DNA of 64,000 nt, taken from the IMG/VR virus record IMGVR_UViG_3300042308_000216, positions 31,878 to 95,877 of that record; one strand, given 5' to 3'. The stretch's first letter is position 1, and every line of letters starts with the position of its first letter. Below, piece by piece: positions 1-10,400 of the stretch. Under the pieces are notes generated by a model. It was not told where the DNA came from, searched no databases, and saw only the letters and a list, made by a program, of their open reading frames with translations. Source of the stretch: a virus. A program made the translations under genes and the position numbers.

Positions 1-89
1 ATCATAAAAAGGGTTATATTTACCAACTGAATTACCTACCTTTAAGCAGAGGCATTATAGCAGGTATATCATTCCAATTGAATAGATAA
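1..89 (+). CDS. 3' end of a gene truncated by the window edge (...HKKGYIYQLNYLPLSRGIIAGISFQLNR*)
   Basis: Open frame from position 3 to TAA at 87-89, ending 2 nt before the next ATG; function not assignable. Confidence 0.5.
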   Translation, partial: HKKGYIYQLNYLPLSRGIIAGISFQLNR

Positions 90-91
90 CT

Positions 92-844
92 ATGATAACA
101 TTAAACCAAATGATTTATCAAATCTATGAAGGACTTCAGATTACATCTGATGATACTTCATTAGATAAAAGGTTGATTAAAGATTTGATTAATCAATCAA
201 GAGCTAATTGGATTAGAAAAGAACACAATAAGAACAGAAGTATTGATGATAATGTCATCCAAGATTTAGGTTGTATAGACATTGAGCTTACAGATAGGAT
301 ATCAGCTAATTGCTGTGACATATCTACAGATTGTAGGATTCTTAGGTCTAAAAATAAAATACCTAATGCTATTGAGTTAAACCATGAAAAGATAATCACT
401 AGAGTATCAGCAGTAGACTTTATGTCTATTCCTGTTATAGTTATGGATTATGATGCTGCTATTTATTTTGGCAATGGTAGATACAATAAAAAAGCTTTAG
501 CTGCTTTTATTAAGAGTAATTATTTATACATTATATATAACAAAGGTGCTTACAATATGCTAATTGAAAAATTAAATGTTCAAGGTGTATTTGAAGATCC
601 TACAGAAGCTGCACAATTTGATAATGGTTGTGGTGAACCTTGTTTTACTTGGGATTCACGTTATCCTATTAATGCTTGGATGTGGCAGACTTTAGTTAAA
701 CCAGAAGTACTTAATGAATTGAGAGTTAAGAGAACCTTATATAGAGATGATAACAACAATGCTAAGGATGATGCTATTCCATCAGTAGCAGCTAATTTCA
801 CACAAGCTGGTACAGATCCTGGTCAAAGCAGGCAACAAGAATAA
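92..844 (+). CDS. crAss-like virion ring / head-tail connector protein
   Basis: 250 aa; N-terminal helical pattern (TLNQMIYQI...IKDLINQSRANWI) and C-terminal GVFEDP...YPI resemble crAss-like ring proteins; lies just upstream of the IHF-like and tail tube genes. Confidence 0.65.
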   Translation: MITLNQMIYQIYEGLQITSDDTSLDKRLIKDLINQSRANWIRKEHNKNRSIDDNVIQDLGCIDIELTDRISANCCDISTDCRILRSKNKIPNAIELNHEKIITRVSAVDFMSIPVIVMDYDAAIYFGNGRYNKKALAAFIKSNYLYIIYNKGAYNMLIEKLNVQGVFEDPTEAAQFDNGCGEPCFTWDSRYPINAWMWQTLVKPEVLNELRVKRTLYRDDNNNAKDDAIPSVAANFTQAGTDPGQSRQQE

Positions 845-1368
845 TGACAAGAAAAGATTCTAAAAACAAGTTTGATGTACATAATACTTATGAAGATATT
901 TATAAGCATTATAAAGTAAATACAGATAAGCCAATAGATAAAGCTAACCATGCTGCAGTATTGGCTGATACTTTTGAAACTCTAATGAACATGGTAATCA
1001 AAGATGGTTACTCATTAAAGTTTCCACACAAGTTTGGAGAATTGGAAATACAAAAGAAAAAACAGAAGATAGTTTATAATGAGAATGGTTCTATAAATAG
1101 AATCTGTTATAAAATTGATTGGGGTGAGACTAAGAAACACTGGCAAACAGTTTATGGTGATATCTCATCTGAAGATTTAAAACAGATTAAGAATAAACCT
1201 AAAATCTATTGTAAGAATAAATATAGAATGAAGTTTAAATATATTAAAGATAAAGCTGTATATAAAGGTAAGTCAGCAGTAATGTTTATACCAAGTAGAA
1301 AATGGTGTAGAGAATTAGCTACTCATCTTAAAACAAATCCTTATAGAACAGATTATAAAGAACAATGA
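844..1368 (+). CDS. IHF/HU-like DNA-binding protein (crAss-like structural-module IHF homolog)
   Basis: Basic 174-aa protein with helix followed by LKFPHKFGELEIQK beta-arm and IDWGETKK; conserved position in the crAss-like tail module. Confidence 0.7.
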   Translation: MTRKDSKNKFDVHNTYEDIYKHYKVNTDKPIDKANHAAVLADTFETLMNMVIKDGYSLKFPHKFGELEIQKKKQKIVYNENGSINRICYKIDWGETKKHWQTVYGDISSEDLKQIKNKPKIYCKNKYRMKFKYIKDKAVYKGKSAVMFIPSRKWCRELATHLKTNPYRTDYKEQ

Positions 1369-1655
1369 TTATAAAATTAAATGCTATGGCAGACAATAAA
1401 AAAAGGTGGGAGAAATCAGAAACTGCTGATGGAATCACTAAGAGAGTATCAGTTGAACAAGTTGAAAATGGTTACATTGTAACTATGGAAAAATATGGTA
1501 GACCATCTATAGATGATGAAGATGATAGCAAATATACTAATGATTGCAAGAAATATATTTCTAAGAAAAATCCTCTTGAAGGTATGGCACCTAAGACAGA
1601 GAAAGAATCTGTAGAAGATAAAATTCTTGATGGACTAGAAAACTTATCCTTTTAA
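1365..1655 (+). CDS. hypothetical protein
   Basis: ORF overlapping the upstream stop (ATGA); start may be the MADNKK codon at 1386. Confidence 0.6.
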   Translation: MIIKLNAMADNKKRWEKSETADGITKRVSVEQVENGYIVTMEKYGRPSIDDEDDSKYTNDCKKYISKKNPLEGMAPKTEKESVEDKILDGLENLSF

Positions 1656-1660
1656 TAACT

Positions 1661-2629
1661 ATGGCTACTTCAGGTAAACTTATCAGTTTAAAAACTATTG
1701 TAGAGAGAGTCTACATGGATTTTGGATTCAATTATTCATTATCATTCACAGAAGCTGCTGAATGGGCTGGTAGTTTACTTGCTTTACTTAAAGCTCCTGT
1801 AGTATTACAACACCATGTTGAAGAGATTGTAATTGATGAAGGTAGAGGTAAACTCCCTTGTGATTTAGAATCTATTATACAAACTGCTAGAAAAGTAGAA
1901 GGTGTTAGTGATGGTTGTTCTACAGGTGTAATTGCTACATTAGATAGAGGTACACAGTATGTAGAAATCTCTGCTATTGATATTGTAAATAGAAAGTTTA
2001 AGTTATGTGGTTGTAATGCATTCACTACTTGTGATGAGTGTACTACTGTTGAAGGTCCAGATATTCCAGGAAATATTCCTTGTGAACCTCGTAAACCTAT
2101 TATCAGAAGATATGGTGGTGGTACTGAAAGACCTAACTTTAGATTAGAGCCTATGAGATGGGCTACTGATTCTTTTAATAATAGTATGCATTGTACTAAT
2201 TATGATTATGCTTGTGGTCGTGGAACTAGTACATATACAGTAAATGGTAATTACATATTTACATCTTTTGACCATGGTTCTGTAATGATGGCTTACTTAG
2301 CTATACCTACAGATGAAGAAGGTTATCCTTTAATTCCTGCAGATGAATGGTGGAGACAAGCAGTACAATATGAAATTGCTTATAAGATTGCAATGAAATT
2401 ATTTATCCAAGGTAATATTGCAGATAAAACATTTCAATACATTGAAAAAGAAAGAGATTGGAAAGTAGGACAAGCTGTTAATAAATCTAAAATGCCTTCT
2501 ATTGATGAGATGGAATCATTTAAGAATCAGTGGCTTAGACTTATTCCAAATTATAACAACCATACTACATTCTTTAAGAATATGCAGATGCCAGAGAGAA
2601 TGTTTAATCATCCATATAGATACTTTTAA
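1661..2629 (+). CDS. tail tubular / ring protein (P22 gp4-like, crAss Ttub) with Cys-rich insertion
   Basis: ISLKTIVERV...GKLPCDL...YTVNGNYIFTSF..G.V...YLAIPTDEEGYPLIP pattern typical of crAss-like tail tubular proteins; precedes the stabilisation protein. Confidence 0.8.
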   Translation: MATSGKLISLKTIVERVYMDFGFNYSLSFTEAAEWAGSLLALLKAPVVLQHHVEEIVIDEGRGKLPCDLESIIQTARKVEGVSDGCSTGVIATLDRGTQYVEISAIDIVNRKFKLCGCNAFTTCDECTTVEGPDIPGNIPCEPRKPIIRRYGGGTERPNFRLEPMRWATDSFNNSMHCTNYDYACGRGTSTYTVNGNYIFTSFDHGSVMMAYLAIPTDEEGYPLIPADEWWRQAVQYEIAYKIAMKLFIQGNIADKTFQYIEKERDWKVGQAVNKSKMPSIDEMESFKNQWLRLIPNYNNHTTFFKNMQMPERMFNHPYRYF

Positions 2630-2632
2630 TAT

Positions 2633-5600
2633 ATGCCAGCTAGTAAAAATACATGGAATAAGGGACTTAATTCTGATTTATCTAAACTAAAAAGTCAACA
2701 AGATAGTTATTTAGATGCTAAGAATATTAGAGTACTTACAGATGAAGGTACTTCAAGTTTAGCCATAGAAAATATTAAAGGCACTAAACTTAGTTTTAAA
2801 TTACCGCAAGTTCAAAAAACTTTTAAAGTTGATTTTACAGGTGTTGAGGGAAATGTAACTGTTTTTATAGATAGAATAGATACTATTGATGGTTTTGTAA
2901 TTCAAAATGCAGCAGGAAAATCTAATCAAATTATTGCTGATGAACTAAATACTTTAATACAAGCATCTACTCTTTTATATGATAATCAATATATTAAAGC
3001 ATACTACAATAATAACTATATAGTTATATATGATTTTTTACCGCAGTCAGAAGTTGATGCTGGTATATCTGGTATTAATGTTCAAACAACTCCTTCTGCA
3101 TCTGTTATTAGAACTAGAGCTGTATATAACCATACAATACTTGGTTGGGGATATTATAATGACAACTTAGTTATTATTAGTTGTGATGCAAATAGTAATT
3201 CTGAAACTCCTGTTGGAACAGAAGGTTTTATATGGGATGTTAGATATATTAATCAAGATAATACTATTTCAAATCCTGATGGTGATTATTTAAATCCACT
3301 TTACCATCTTAAGTATGCTGGTAAATTAGATTTATCTAGACAGTATGCTATCTATAAACATTTAAAATGTAGATATGAAAGTTCTGAAATAATAAGATTA
3401 GTGTGGACTGATTGGAACAATAACCTTAGAACTTGTAATATAGCAGAACCGCAAATATGGGCAACACCTGAAACTGTATTTTCATTTTTACCAGTACATG
3501 CACCACAAAAACCTGTAGTATCAAGAGTTATACTTGGGGGTAATTTACCTGTAGGTAAGTATCAATATTTTTATCAATTATACACTGAGCAAGGAGCTGT
3601 ATCTACTTACTCTCCTTTAAGTAATTTAATTGGATTAAATGCTGGTGATTTAAGCTATGCTCAAAATGGAGGATTACAAGGACAGCCAGCTGGTAAATCT
3701 ACTGAGATAACTATTATTAATTTAGATACTAACTATTCTTTTATAAGATTAGGTTATGTTATATATCAAACTGCGGATAATCCAGAGGCTTTTTGGTTTT
3801 TTGAAGATATTGTACCTCAAAGTGGTACATATACTACAACACATAATGGTAATGAAAACGATATACCTATTGAACCATTCTCTGTAATAACTAATTTAAA
3901 TAAACCACCCAGCATCTTTAAAACTATTGATGTAGTTAGAAATAGATTATTTGCAGCCAATGCAAAGACTATAAAATTTGATATGGATGGTGTATTTGAT
4001 ACTAGAGCATATAGATATACTAGGGTTAGTAAACTTGCTAAATTATATAATGAACAATCAGATGTATTTGGTTTTCCAAGTGTACTTATAAATGGTGCTA
4101 CAAATACTGTTAGTATTGAAAATGTTACACAAACAGGTACTTTTTATGAACAGTTATTAGCAATACCTGATTCTTTTGATTTAATTAATCCATTTAATAA
4201 TGAAGATCCAACTAATGATTTTAATAATAATAATTGGATTACAAACTCACAATTTAAATATCAAAAAGATGGCTTAACTATAGGAGGATCAGGTCCTAAC
4301 ATATCTTATGATTTTTGTATAGCTAATAACATTGCTGAAACAGGAAACTTTCAACCAACAGGTAGTCCTTATCTAGGACCTAGATTAGATTATAATGGTA
4401 TTTATGCATCAGAATTTAATGATACATATACTTATGCAGCTGGAGCAAGTCAGTGGTTAGATACACCTAAAAGTCCATTAATTGAAACATTGTTTACAGG
4501 ATACTCAAGAGGTGAAGTTTATAGATGGGGTATTGTATTTTTTGATAAATATGGTTTTCCATCTTATGCTAATTGGATAGGAGATATCAAATTTCCATTT
4601 TCAACTGATGATAATGGAAATTATGGATTAACTAAAGAAACTACAGGAGTTAATGGTAGTCCGTTTTTCCTTATTAATGATCCTACCAAAGTAAAAAGAA
4701 CATACGGTACTGGACCTGACCCATTTAATATATTTAATATAACAAGTAATACTGATATAATTTTAAATGGTAATTTTCTTTGGAATTACAATGCTGTAAA
4801 TTCTAATAATACATCTTCACAGTTTTGTGATGAGTTAAATGCTGCTGGTATTGGTTTAACTGCAACAGCTGTTTTTCCATCAGTTTCAAATAGTCCAATT
4901 ATGATTTCAGGAGCTCCTTCAGGATCTACATTATCATTATACAGGCATATTAATCAGGTAGGTAATAGTGGGTCTGATCTTTATTTACTATCTCCTACTA
5001 ATCCAGTAGAGACACAGCAACTAGGAATTACATTTTACTTAGATACTACAACTCCTCAATTCCAAGCAATTAAAGATAGTATATCAGGTTGGTCTTATGT
5101 TAGAGTAAAGAGAGATGTAGTTAATAGTACTAAATTGGGTACAGGATATTTACAACCTACATTCCAACTATTTAACAATTCAAATGCAGAAGATGGCCTT
5201 GCTTTAATACCATATGAAAAAGGATATATGTCTTCCTATGTACGTACAGGAACAAGTCAACTTAATTCAAGGTGGAATTATCTTGCAAGTAGAGTTAGAG
5301 CACAAAACCAAGTTTTTGTAGCCCCTAATTTTTTAACTAGATCTGTTGGTGGATTTTCACAAAGAGACTACATAAGATTTATAGGAAGAACAAAAGTGTT
5401 ACCTAATGCAGTAAAATACTGGCAAGAAATACTTAGTCCTGATTTTAATAACTATGATCCAGGTAATGGAGGTGGTGTTGGTTCTTTTATGTATTATGTA
5501 AAATCCAATGACTTTGATTACAATTATTTAGATTCAGGAACTACATATCCACCTTCATCAATAGCTACAACAAGTAATTATTTAAATGTTAATAGTACTT

Positions 5601-7432
5601 GGGAAGTAAAGGCTAGATTATGGGTAAATAAAAGTACTACAGGTAATTACCTTGAACCTACTTTAGGTCCACTATTTACTAAGTTTTATAATATGTCTGA
5701 TGGTGGGCTAGATTTTAATATGTATACTCCTATTGATAATTTAAAATTTACACAATGGGGTACTCAATGTGAAATAGTGCAATTTGATTCTGCAAGGTCT
5801 TATCCAGATACAGCTAATGTTTATGGAGATTTAGTACAATTTCCATTTTATTTAGCATCTTATGAAAGATTCTTAGCTAAACAATATGGTGGAGCTTCAA
5901 GGTCAGCTAGATATGGTAATCAGTATATACTTACAAATCACTTTATGCCTTATCCATCAATACCTGATGCTGTAATAAGAAATGATGTTTATGGTGGAGA
6001 TACTTATGTTAATTATTTTGATTGGCAAAGATCTAATCCTAATGGTAGTGATGTAAGTGGATGGCCTGTTGAAACTGGCCCAAATGGTGTAGATGCAAAC
6101 TACAGACCTACAGGAGTAGCAGTATTCTTTCCAGCAGAATGTATTTTTAATGCAGATTTAAATACTTCTACTGCAGGACATGCATCAGTTAGACCTGATA
6201 CAGCCCCAATGGATATAGCTAACTATACCTATAATCCAGCAATGTCTCAACAAAATACAACTAATGTATTTGTATCAAAAGGATTTAATCAAACTAGTGT
6301 AGGTGAAGAACCACATACTATATATGGTTCAGATCCTAAAATAGATAATGAAAGGTCAGATGCTTGGAGAACATTGTTTATTAACAACTCTTTATCTGTT
6401 AATGGTAACTATGGTGAGATTAATAGAATAGCACAATTTAAAGATAAGTTGTTTTACTATCAAAATGATGCTGTTGGTATAGCAGCAGTTGATGAAAGAA
6501 TTCTTGAAAATGATGGTGATGTTAATCAAACTCAATTAGGTATTGGTAGACTATTACAGAGATATGATTATATAACTACAGAAACAGGATGCAAGCATTC
6601 TTTTGCTGTAGAGACTACAGGTGATGGTATTTACCATTATGATTCTTTTATTAATAAACTATTTAAATATACATTAGGTAGATCAAAAGCAGACTCTGAT
6701 GGTATGAATCCATTAACAGATATTAAAGGATTAGTAGGTTTCTTTAGAACTGCATTTGTTGGTAGTACTCTTAAATCAGAAGATAAAATATTAAGAAAAG
6801 ATAGTAGAGTAGGTATTGTATCTGGATATAATTCAGAATACAATACTGTATATTTTACTTTCTTTGATGAAGAAGAAGGTATTCAACATACTATATCTTA
6901 TAATGAGTTAATGGATGCTTTTGAATCATTCTATGATTTCTACCCATCTATGTATCTAAATATGAGAAAAAGGTTTTTATCATTAGATCCAAATATTACT
7001 GGTAATGGTTATATGCATAATCTTGGGTTAAGAAATAATTTCTATGACCAATGGTTTCCATCAACTGTTAAGTTTAGAGTTAATGAAAATTCAGATCTTG
7101 TTAAAACATTTGATAACTTTCAGATTAATACTGAAGTTATTATAAACAATTTACAAACTGCAAGAACAGTTACCTCTTATTCTATTTCTAATGACTATCA
7201 AATTATTCCAGAAATAGATGCTAACTTTGTACAAAAGATAAGAAGTTGGAGAATGATTATTCCAAGAGACGAGACTAACCCTGCATTGACTATTAAACCT
7301 AGAATATCAGATAAGTATATGGATGTTACATTTAATTATTATGATAGTAATGGTGGTTTAGGAGATGATATATTTAGACTACATGATGTAATAACAGAAT
7401 ATTCAATGAGAAGTAAAATTTTACCTAAATAA
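2633..7432 (+). CDS. tail stabilisation / muzzle protein (P22 gp10-like)
   Basis: 1599 aa; N-terminal KGLNSDLS...YLDAKNIR, GYSRGEVYRWGIVFFDKYG, YGGDTYV, C-terminal YNELMDAFESFYDF and KTFDN; beta-rich. Confidence 0.85.
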   Translation: MPASKNTWNKGLNSDLSKLKSQQDSYLDAKNIRVLTDEGTSSLAIENIKGTKLSFKLPQVQKTFKVDFTGVEGNVTVFIDRIDTIDGFVIQNAAGKSNQIIADELNTLIQASTLLYDNQYIKAYYNNNYIVIYDFLPQSEVDAGISGINVQTTPSASVIRTRAVYNHTILGWGYYNDNLVIISCDANSNSETPVGTEGFIWDVRYINQDNTISNPDGDYLNPLYHLKYAGKLDLSRQYAIYKHLKCRYESSEIIRLVWTDWNNNLRTCNIAEPQIWATPETVFSFLPVHAPQKPVVSRVILGGNLPVGKYQYFYQLYTEQGAVSTYSPLSNLIGLNAGDLSYAQNGGLQGQPAGKSTEITIINLDTNYSFIRLGYVIYQTADNPEAFWFFEDIVPQSGTYTTTHNGNENDIPIEPFSVITNLNKPPSIFKTIDVVRNRLFAANAKTIKFDMDGVFDTRAYRYTRVSKLAKLYNEQSDVFGFPSVLINGATNTVSIENVTQTGTFYEQLLAIPDSFDLINPFNNEDPTNDFNNNNWITNSQFKYQKDGLTIGGSGPNISYDFCIANNIAETGNFQPTGSPYLGPRLDYNGIYASEFNDTYTYAAGASQWLDTPKSPLIETLFTGYSRGEVYRWGIVFFDKYGFPSYANWIGDIKFPFSTDDNGNYGLTKETTGVNGSPFFLINDPTKVKRTYGTGPDPFNIFNITSNTDIILNGNFLWNYNAVNSNNTSSQFCDELNAAGIGLTATAVFPSVSNSPIMISGAPSGSTLSLYRHINQVGNSGSDLYLLSPTNPVETQQLGITFYLDTTTPQFQAIKDSISGWSYVRVKRDVVNSTKLGTGYLQPTFQLFNNSNAEDGLALIPYEKGYMSSYVRTGTSQLNSRWNYLASRVRAQNQVFVAPNFLTRSVGGFSQRDYIRFIGRTKVLPNAVKYWQEILSPDFNNYDPGNGGGVGSFMYYVKSNDFDYNYLDSGTTYPPSSIATTSNYLNVNSTWEVKARLWVNKSTTGNYLEPTLGPLFTKFYNMSDGGLDFNMYTPIDNLKFTQWGTQCEIVQFDSARSYPDTANVYGDLVQFPFYLASYERFLAKQYGGASRSARYGNQYILTNHFMPYPSIPDAVIRNDVYGGDTYVNYFDWQRSNPNGSDVSGWPVETGPNGVDANYRPTGVAVFFPAECIFNADLNTSTAGHASVRPDTAPMDIANYTYNPAMSQQNTTNVFVSKGFNQTSVGEEPHTIYGSDPKIDNERSDAWRTLFINNSLSVNGNYGEINRIAQFKDKLFYYQNDAVGIAAVDERILENDGDVNQTQLGIGRLLQRYDYITTETGCKHSFAVETTGDGIYHYDSFINKLFKYTLGRSKADSDGMNPLTDIKGLVGFFRTAFVGSTLKSEDKILRKDSRVGIVSGYNSEYNTVYFTFFDEEEGIQHTISYNELMDAFESFYDFYPSMYLNMRKRFLSLDPNITGNGYMHNLGLRNNFYDQWFPSTVKFRVNENSDLVKTFDNFQINTEVIINNLQTARTVTSYSISNDYQIIPEIDANFVQKIRSWRMIIPRDETNPALTIKPRISDKYMDVTFNYYDSNGGLGDDIFRLHDVITEYSMRSKILPK

Positions 7433-7434
7433 GC

Positions 7435-10400
7435 ATGGCAGAGAAAAATTCACTTTGGAAGAACATTAGAAATAAGGCTAAGCAAAACAGAGCCTCTGGT
7501 GCTACACCTAAAAAGCCTACTACAGAAATGCTTAGGCAAGAAAGAAAGATTAGAGCTCAAAAAGCTGGTGGTGGACCAGTAAAAGAAAACCCATTGTATA
7601 AATCTAATGAAGATTATGCATATAATCAATGGGTGCAATCTATGCCTGAAAACCTTAGACAAGAATCTCCAGGTTATAACATGAGAGGTGCTTGGGAAGG
7701 TGGGTTAGAACCTGAAATGTTTTACAGAGATGAGCAAGGAACCTTTAGAACTGCTCATGAACCACATCCATTTAATCCTACATATGAACCACATTTAGGA
7801 AGTAGAAATCCTAATACTGGAGAAATATTAAAATCACCAGAACACCATACTTATGATATGGCTATTGAAGGTGATATTAGAGCAGGGTATACTCCAAGAG
7901 TAGATGCTAGAACAGGTACAATGTATTCAACTAATTCTAGTGATCCTACAACAGCAGGACCATTTAAAGAATATGCTACAGGAAGCTTTGTAGGTGAAGA
8001 TGATGAACTTGAAAAGAAACTTGCTGACTTAAGAAAACAAGCAGCAAAACCTGCTAACAAAGTACCTACTGCACAAGAGAATTTTATTAATGCTACTAAA
8101 AATATTCCTAATTATAGTATGGATCCTAATTACCAAGCTCCAGCTGTAGGAACTAATTACACTACTAAAGAAGAAATGTCTGCTAGACCTTACCCAGCAT
8201 CTGGTAAAATAGATATTGATCCAGGAGCAGAGTTGTTGCCTTTTGCTGTTTTTGAAGCTATGAGTATTCCAGGACTAGTTAAAAACTATAAATATAACAT
8301 GAATCTTTATAAAAATGCTCCTACTATAGGTAATTTTAATATGGCACATCCAAGAAATTTAAAAAGAGCAAAAGATGCTTTAAATAAAGCTGCAATAATA
8401 ACAGCATCTGAAACTGTGCCTGAACTTATTAATGCAGCTGGAGGATATACTATAAATAATAATAAATCTATGAAAAATAATAATCAATCTTGGAAAGAGT
8501 ATCTTAAGTATGCACAAGGTGGACATACTAATCCATATAACCAATATCAGGATGACCAATATCTTCAATATGAAGTAGGTGGTAAAGTATGGAAAAACAT
8601 TGCTGCAGGTTTATATGGAGCAGGTGAAGGTATATTAGATACTGTAACTATGGGAGCTACTGATGAATTAACTGATAAAGGATTTGAAGCTCTTAGTAAA
8701 GCAGGAAATAAAAACATAGATTTAAATAATCCTGATGATGTTAAGTTTTTAAAATCACAGCAAAAAGTTAAAGGTTATAGTAATGCAGCAGGTGCTATTG
8801 GTACTGCAGCAGTTACAGGTAATGTTCAAGGTGCTATCAAGCAAGGTACTAAAGGATTGAATACTGCATTCCAAGCTACTGATGGTATGAGTGATGATTT
8901 TAAAAAATGGTCACAAGGAGTTACTGGTGTTGCAGGAGTTGCTTCTGGATTTGCAGGAGGTATGAATTCAGATAGTTTTAATGCTGCTGCAAAAGCAGGA
9001 ACAGGTGTTGCAGGCTTTGGGCAAAAAGTAGGTAAGTATTCACCATTAATAGGACAAGCTTCAGGATTTATTGGAGGTAATGACCAGCCACTTTGGCAAC
9101 AAGGTCAAGCACAACAAGATACTTTAAATTCTCCAGATTATATTGCAGCACAAAGAGAAAAAAATGCATCTTATACAAACCAAGGATTAATGTATGGTCA
9201 AGGTGGAAACATGTCAAATAATTCATTAAATTTGCGTGACACTATGGGGTACAATAGATTTGCTCAAGGCGGTGCATTTAATCAATATGGAATAAATATG
9301 ATTCCAGAATCTGCAGGATTGCATCATCAAAGTGCTTATGGTGGTGTACCTATTGGACCTAATGCTTTAGCTGAAGGTGGAGAGATTAAAATGGATAATG
9401 GTGATGGTAGCCAATATATAGTATCAGACCAAGTTGATGGTGCTGAAACTCAAAAAGATTTTACCTTTTCTAAAGGCGGTAAGTATAAAGAACTTAATAG
9501 AACTTTAGCTGATGGTATGAAACAAGACCTTAACAAATATACTTATGGTTCATTAGCTACCAGTGATAGAGTTAAAGGTGATTTAAGAAGACCTAATGAT
9601 TCTTACTCTCAAAGTACTGTAGAGCAAATTAAAAATAAGTGGCAACAGAAAACAGAATATGCTAGACAACGTAGTCAGCAAGAACAAGCTATTGCACAAG
9701 CAGAAGAACAAAAGAGAATGGCAGAAGAGCAGTACATAGCTGCTTATGGTGGTAGAATTAATCCTAAGAAATATCCAGGATTAAATATGACTAAAAAAGC
9801 TAAAGGTGGTTATGTTCATAATCAAATGATTCAACCTATGTTAGCTGAAGGTGGTCCATTATATGGAGACCCTGCATCACCATATACTTATGCAATGGGT
9901 GGAGTTGGAAATAGTATAAATACAAATCAACCTAGTAATCAACCAAGATATACTTCTTGGGAAGATATGAGAACAAAAATGAATGCAGCTCAAGCAGCTA
10001 AACCTCAACTAACTTTAGATCAGCAAAGAGCACAAGATAGTCAAACTATGGGAAGAATAGGTCAGATATTTGATTCTTATAATCATCCTAATACACCTAA
10101 TCTTGTTAGCAGTCCTAGACCTATTAATTTCCAAGTACCAACTGGCTATGCTCAAGGTGGTATGTATGGTGACCCATATGCTAGAGGTGGTCAAATAGAT
10201 TACACTAATGATATGTATAGTATGTATGCAGGTGGTGGTCCAATGCCTAGTGATTTACCACAAGCATTTAATGGTCCTGCTGCACAGAATAGTAATGGTA
10301 TGTATTTATACCCTGAAGGGGGTCCAGGTGTAATACCAACAGGCAATCCAATATACACACCAGATTCTGGAATAGAACAGTTTGCTCCTGATGCTTCTTG

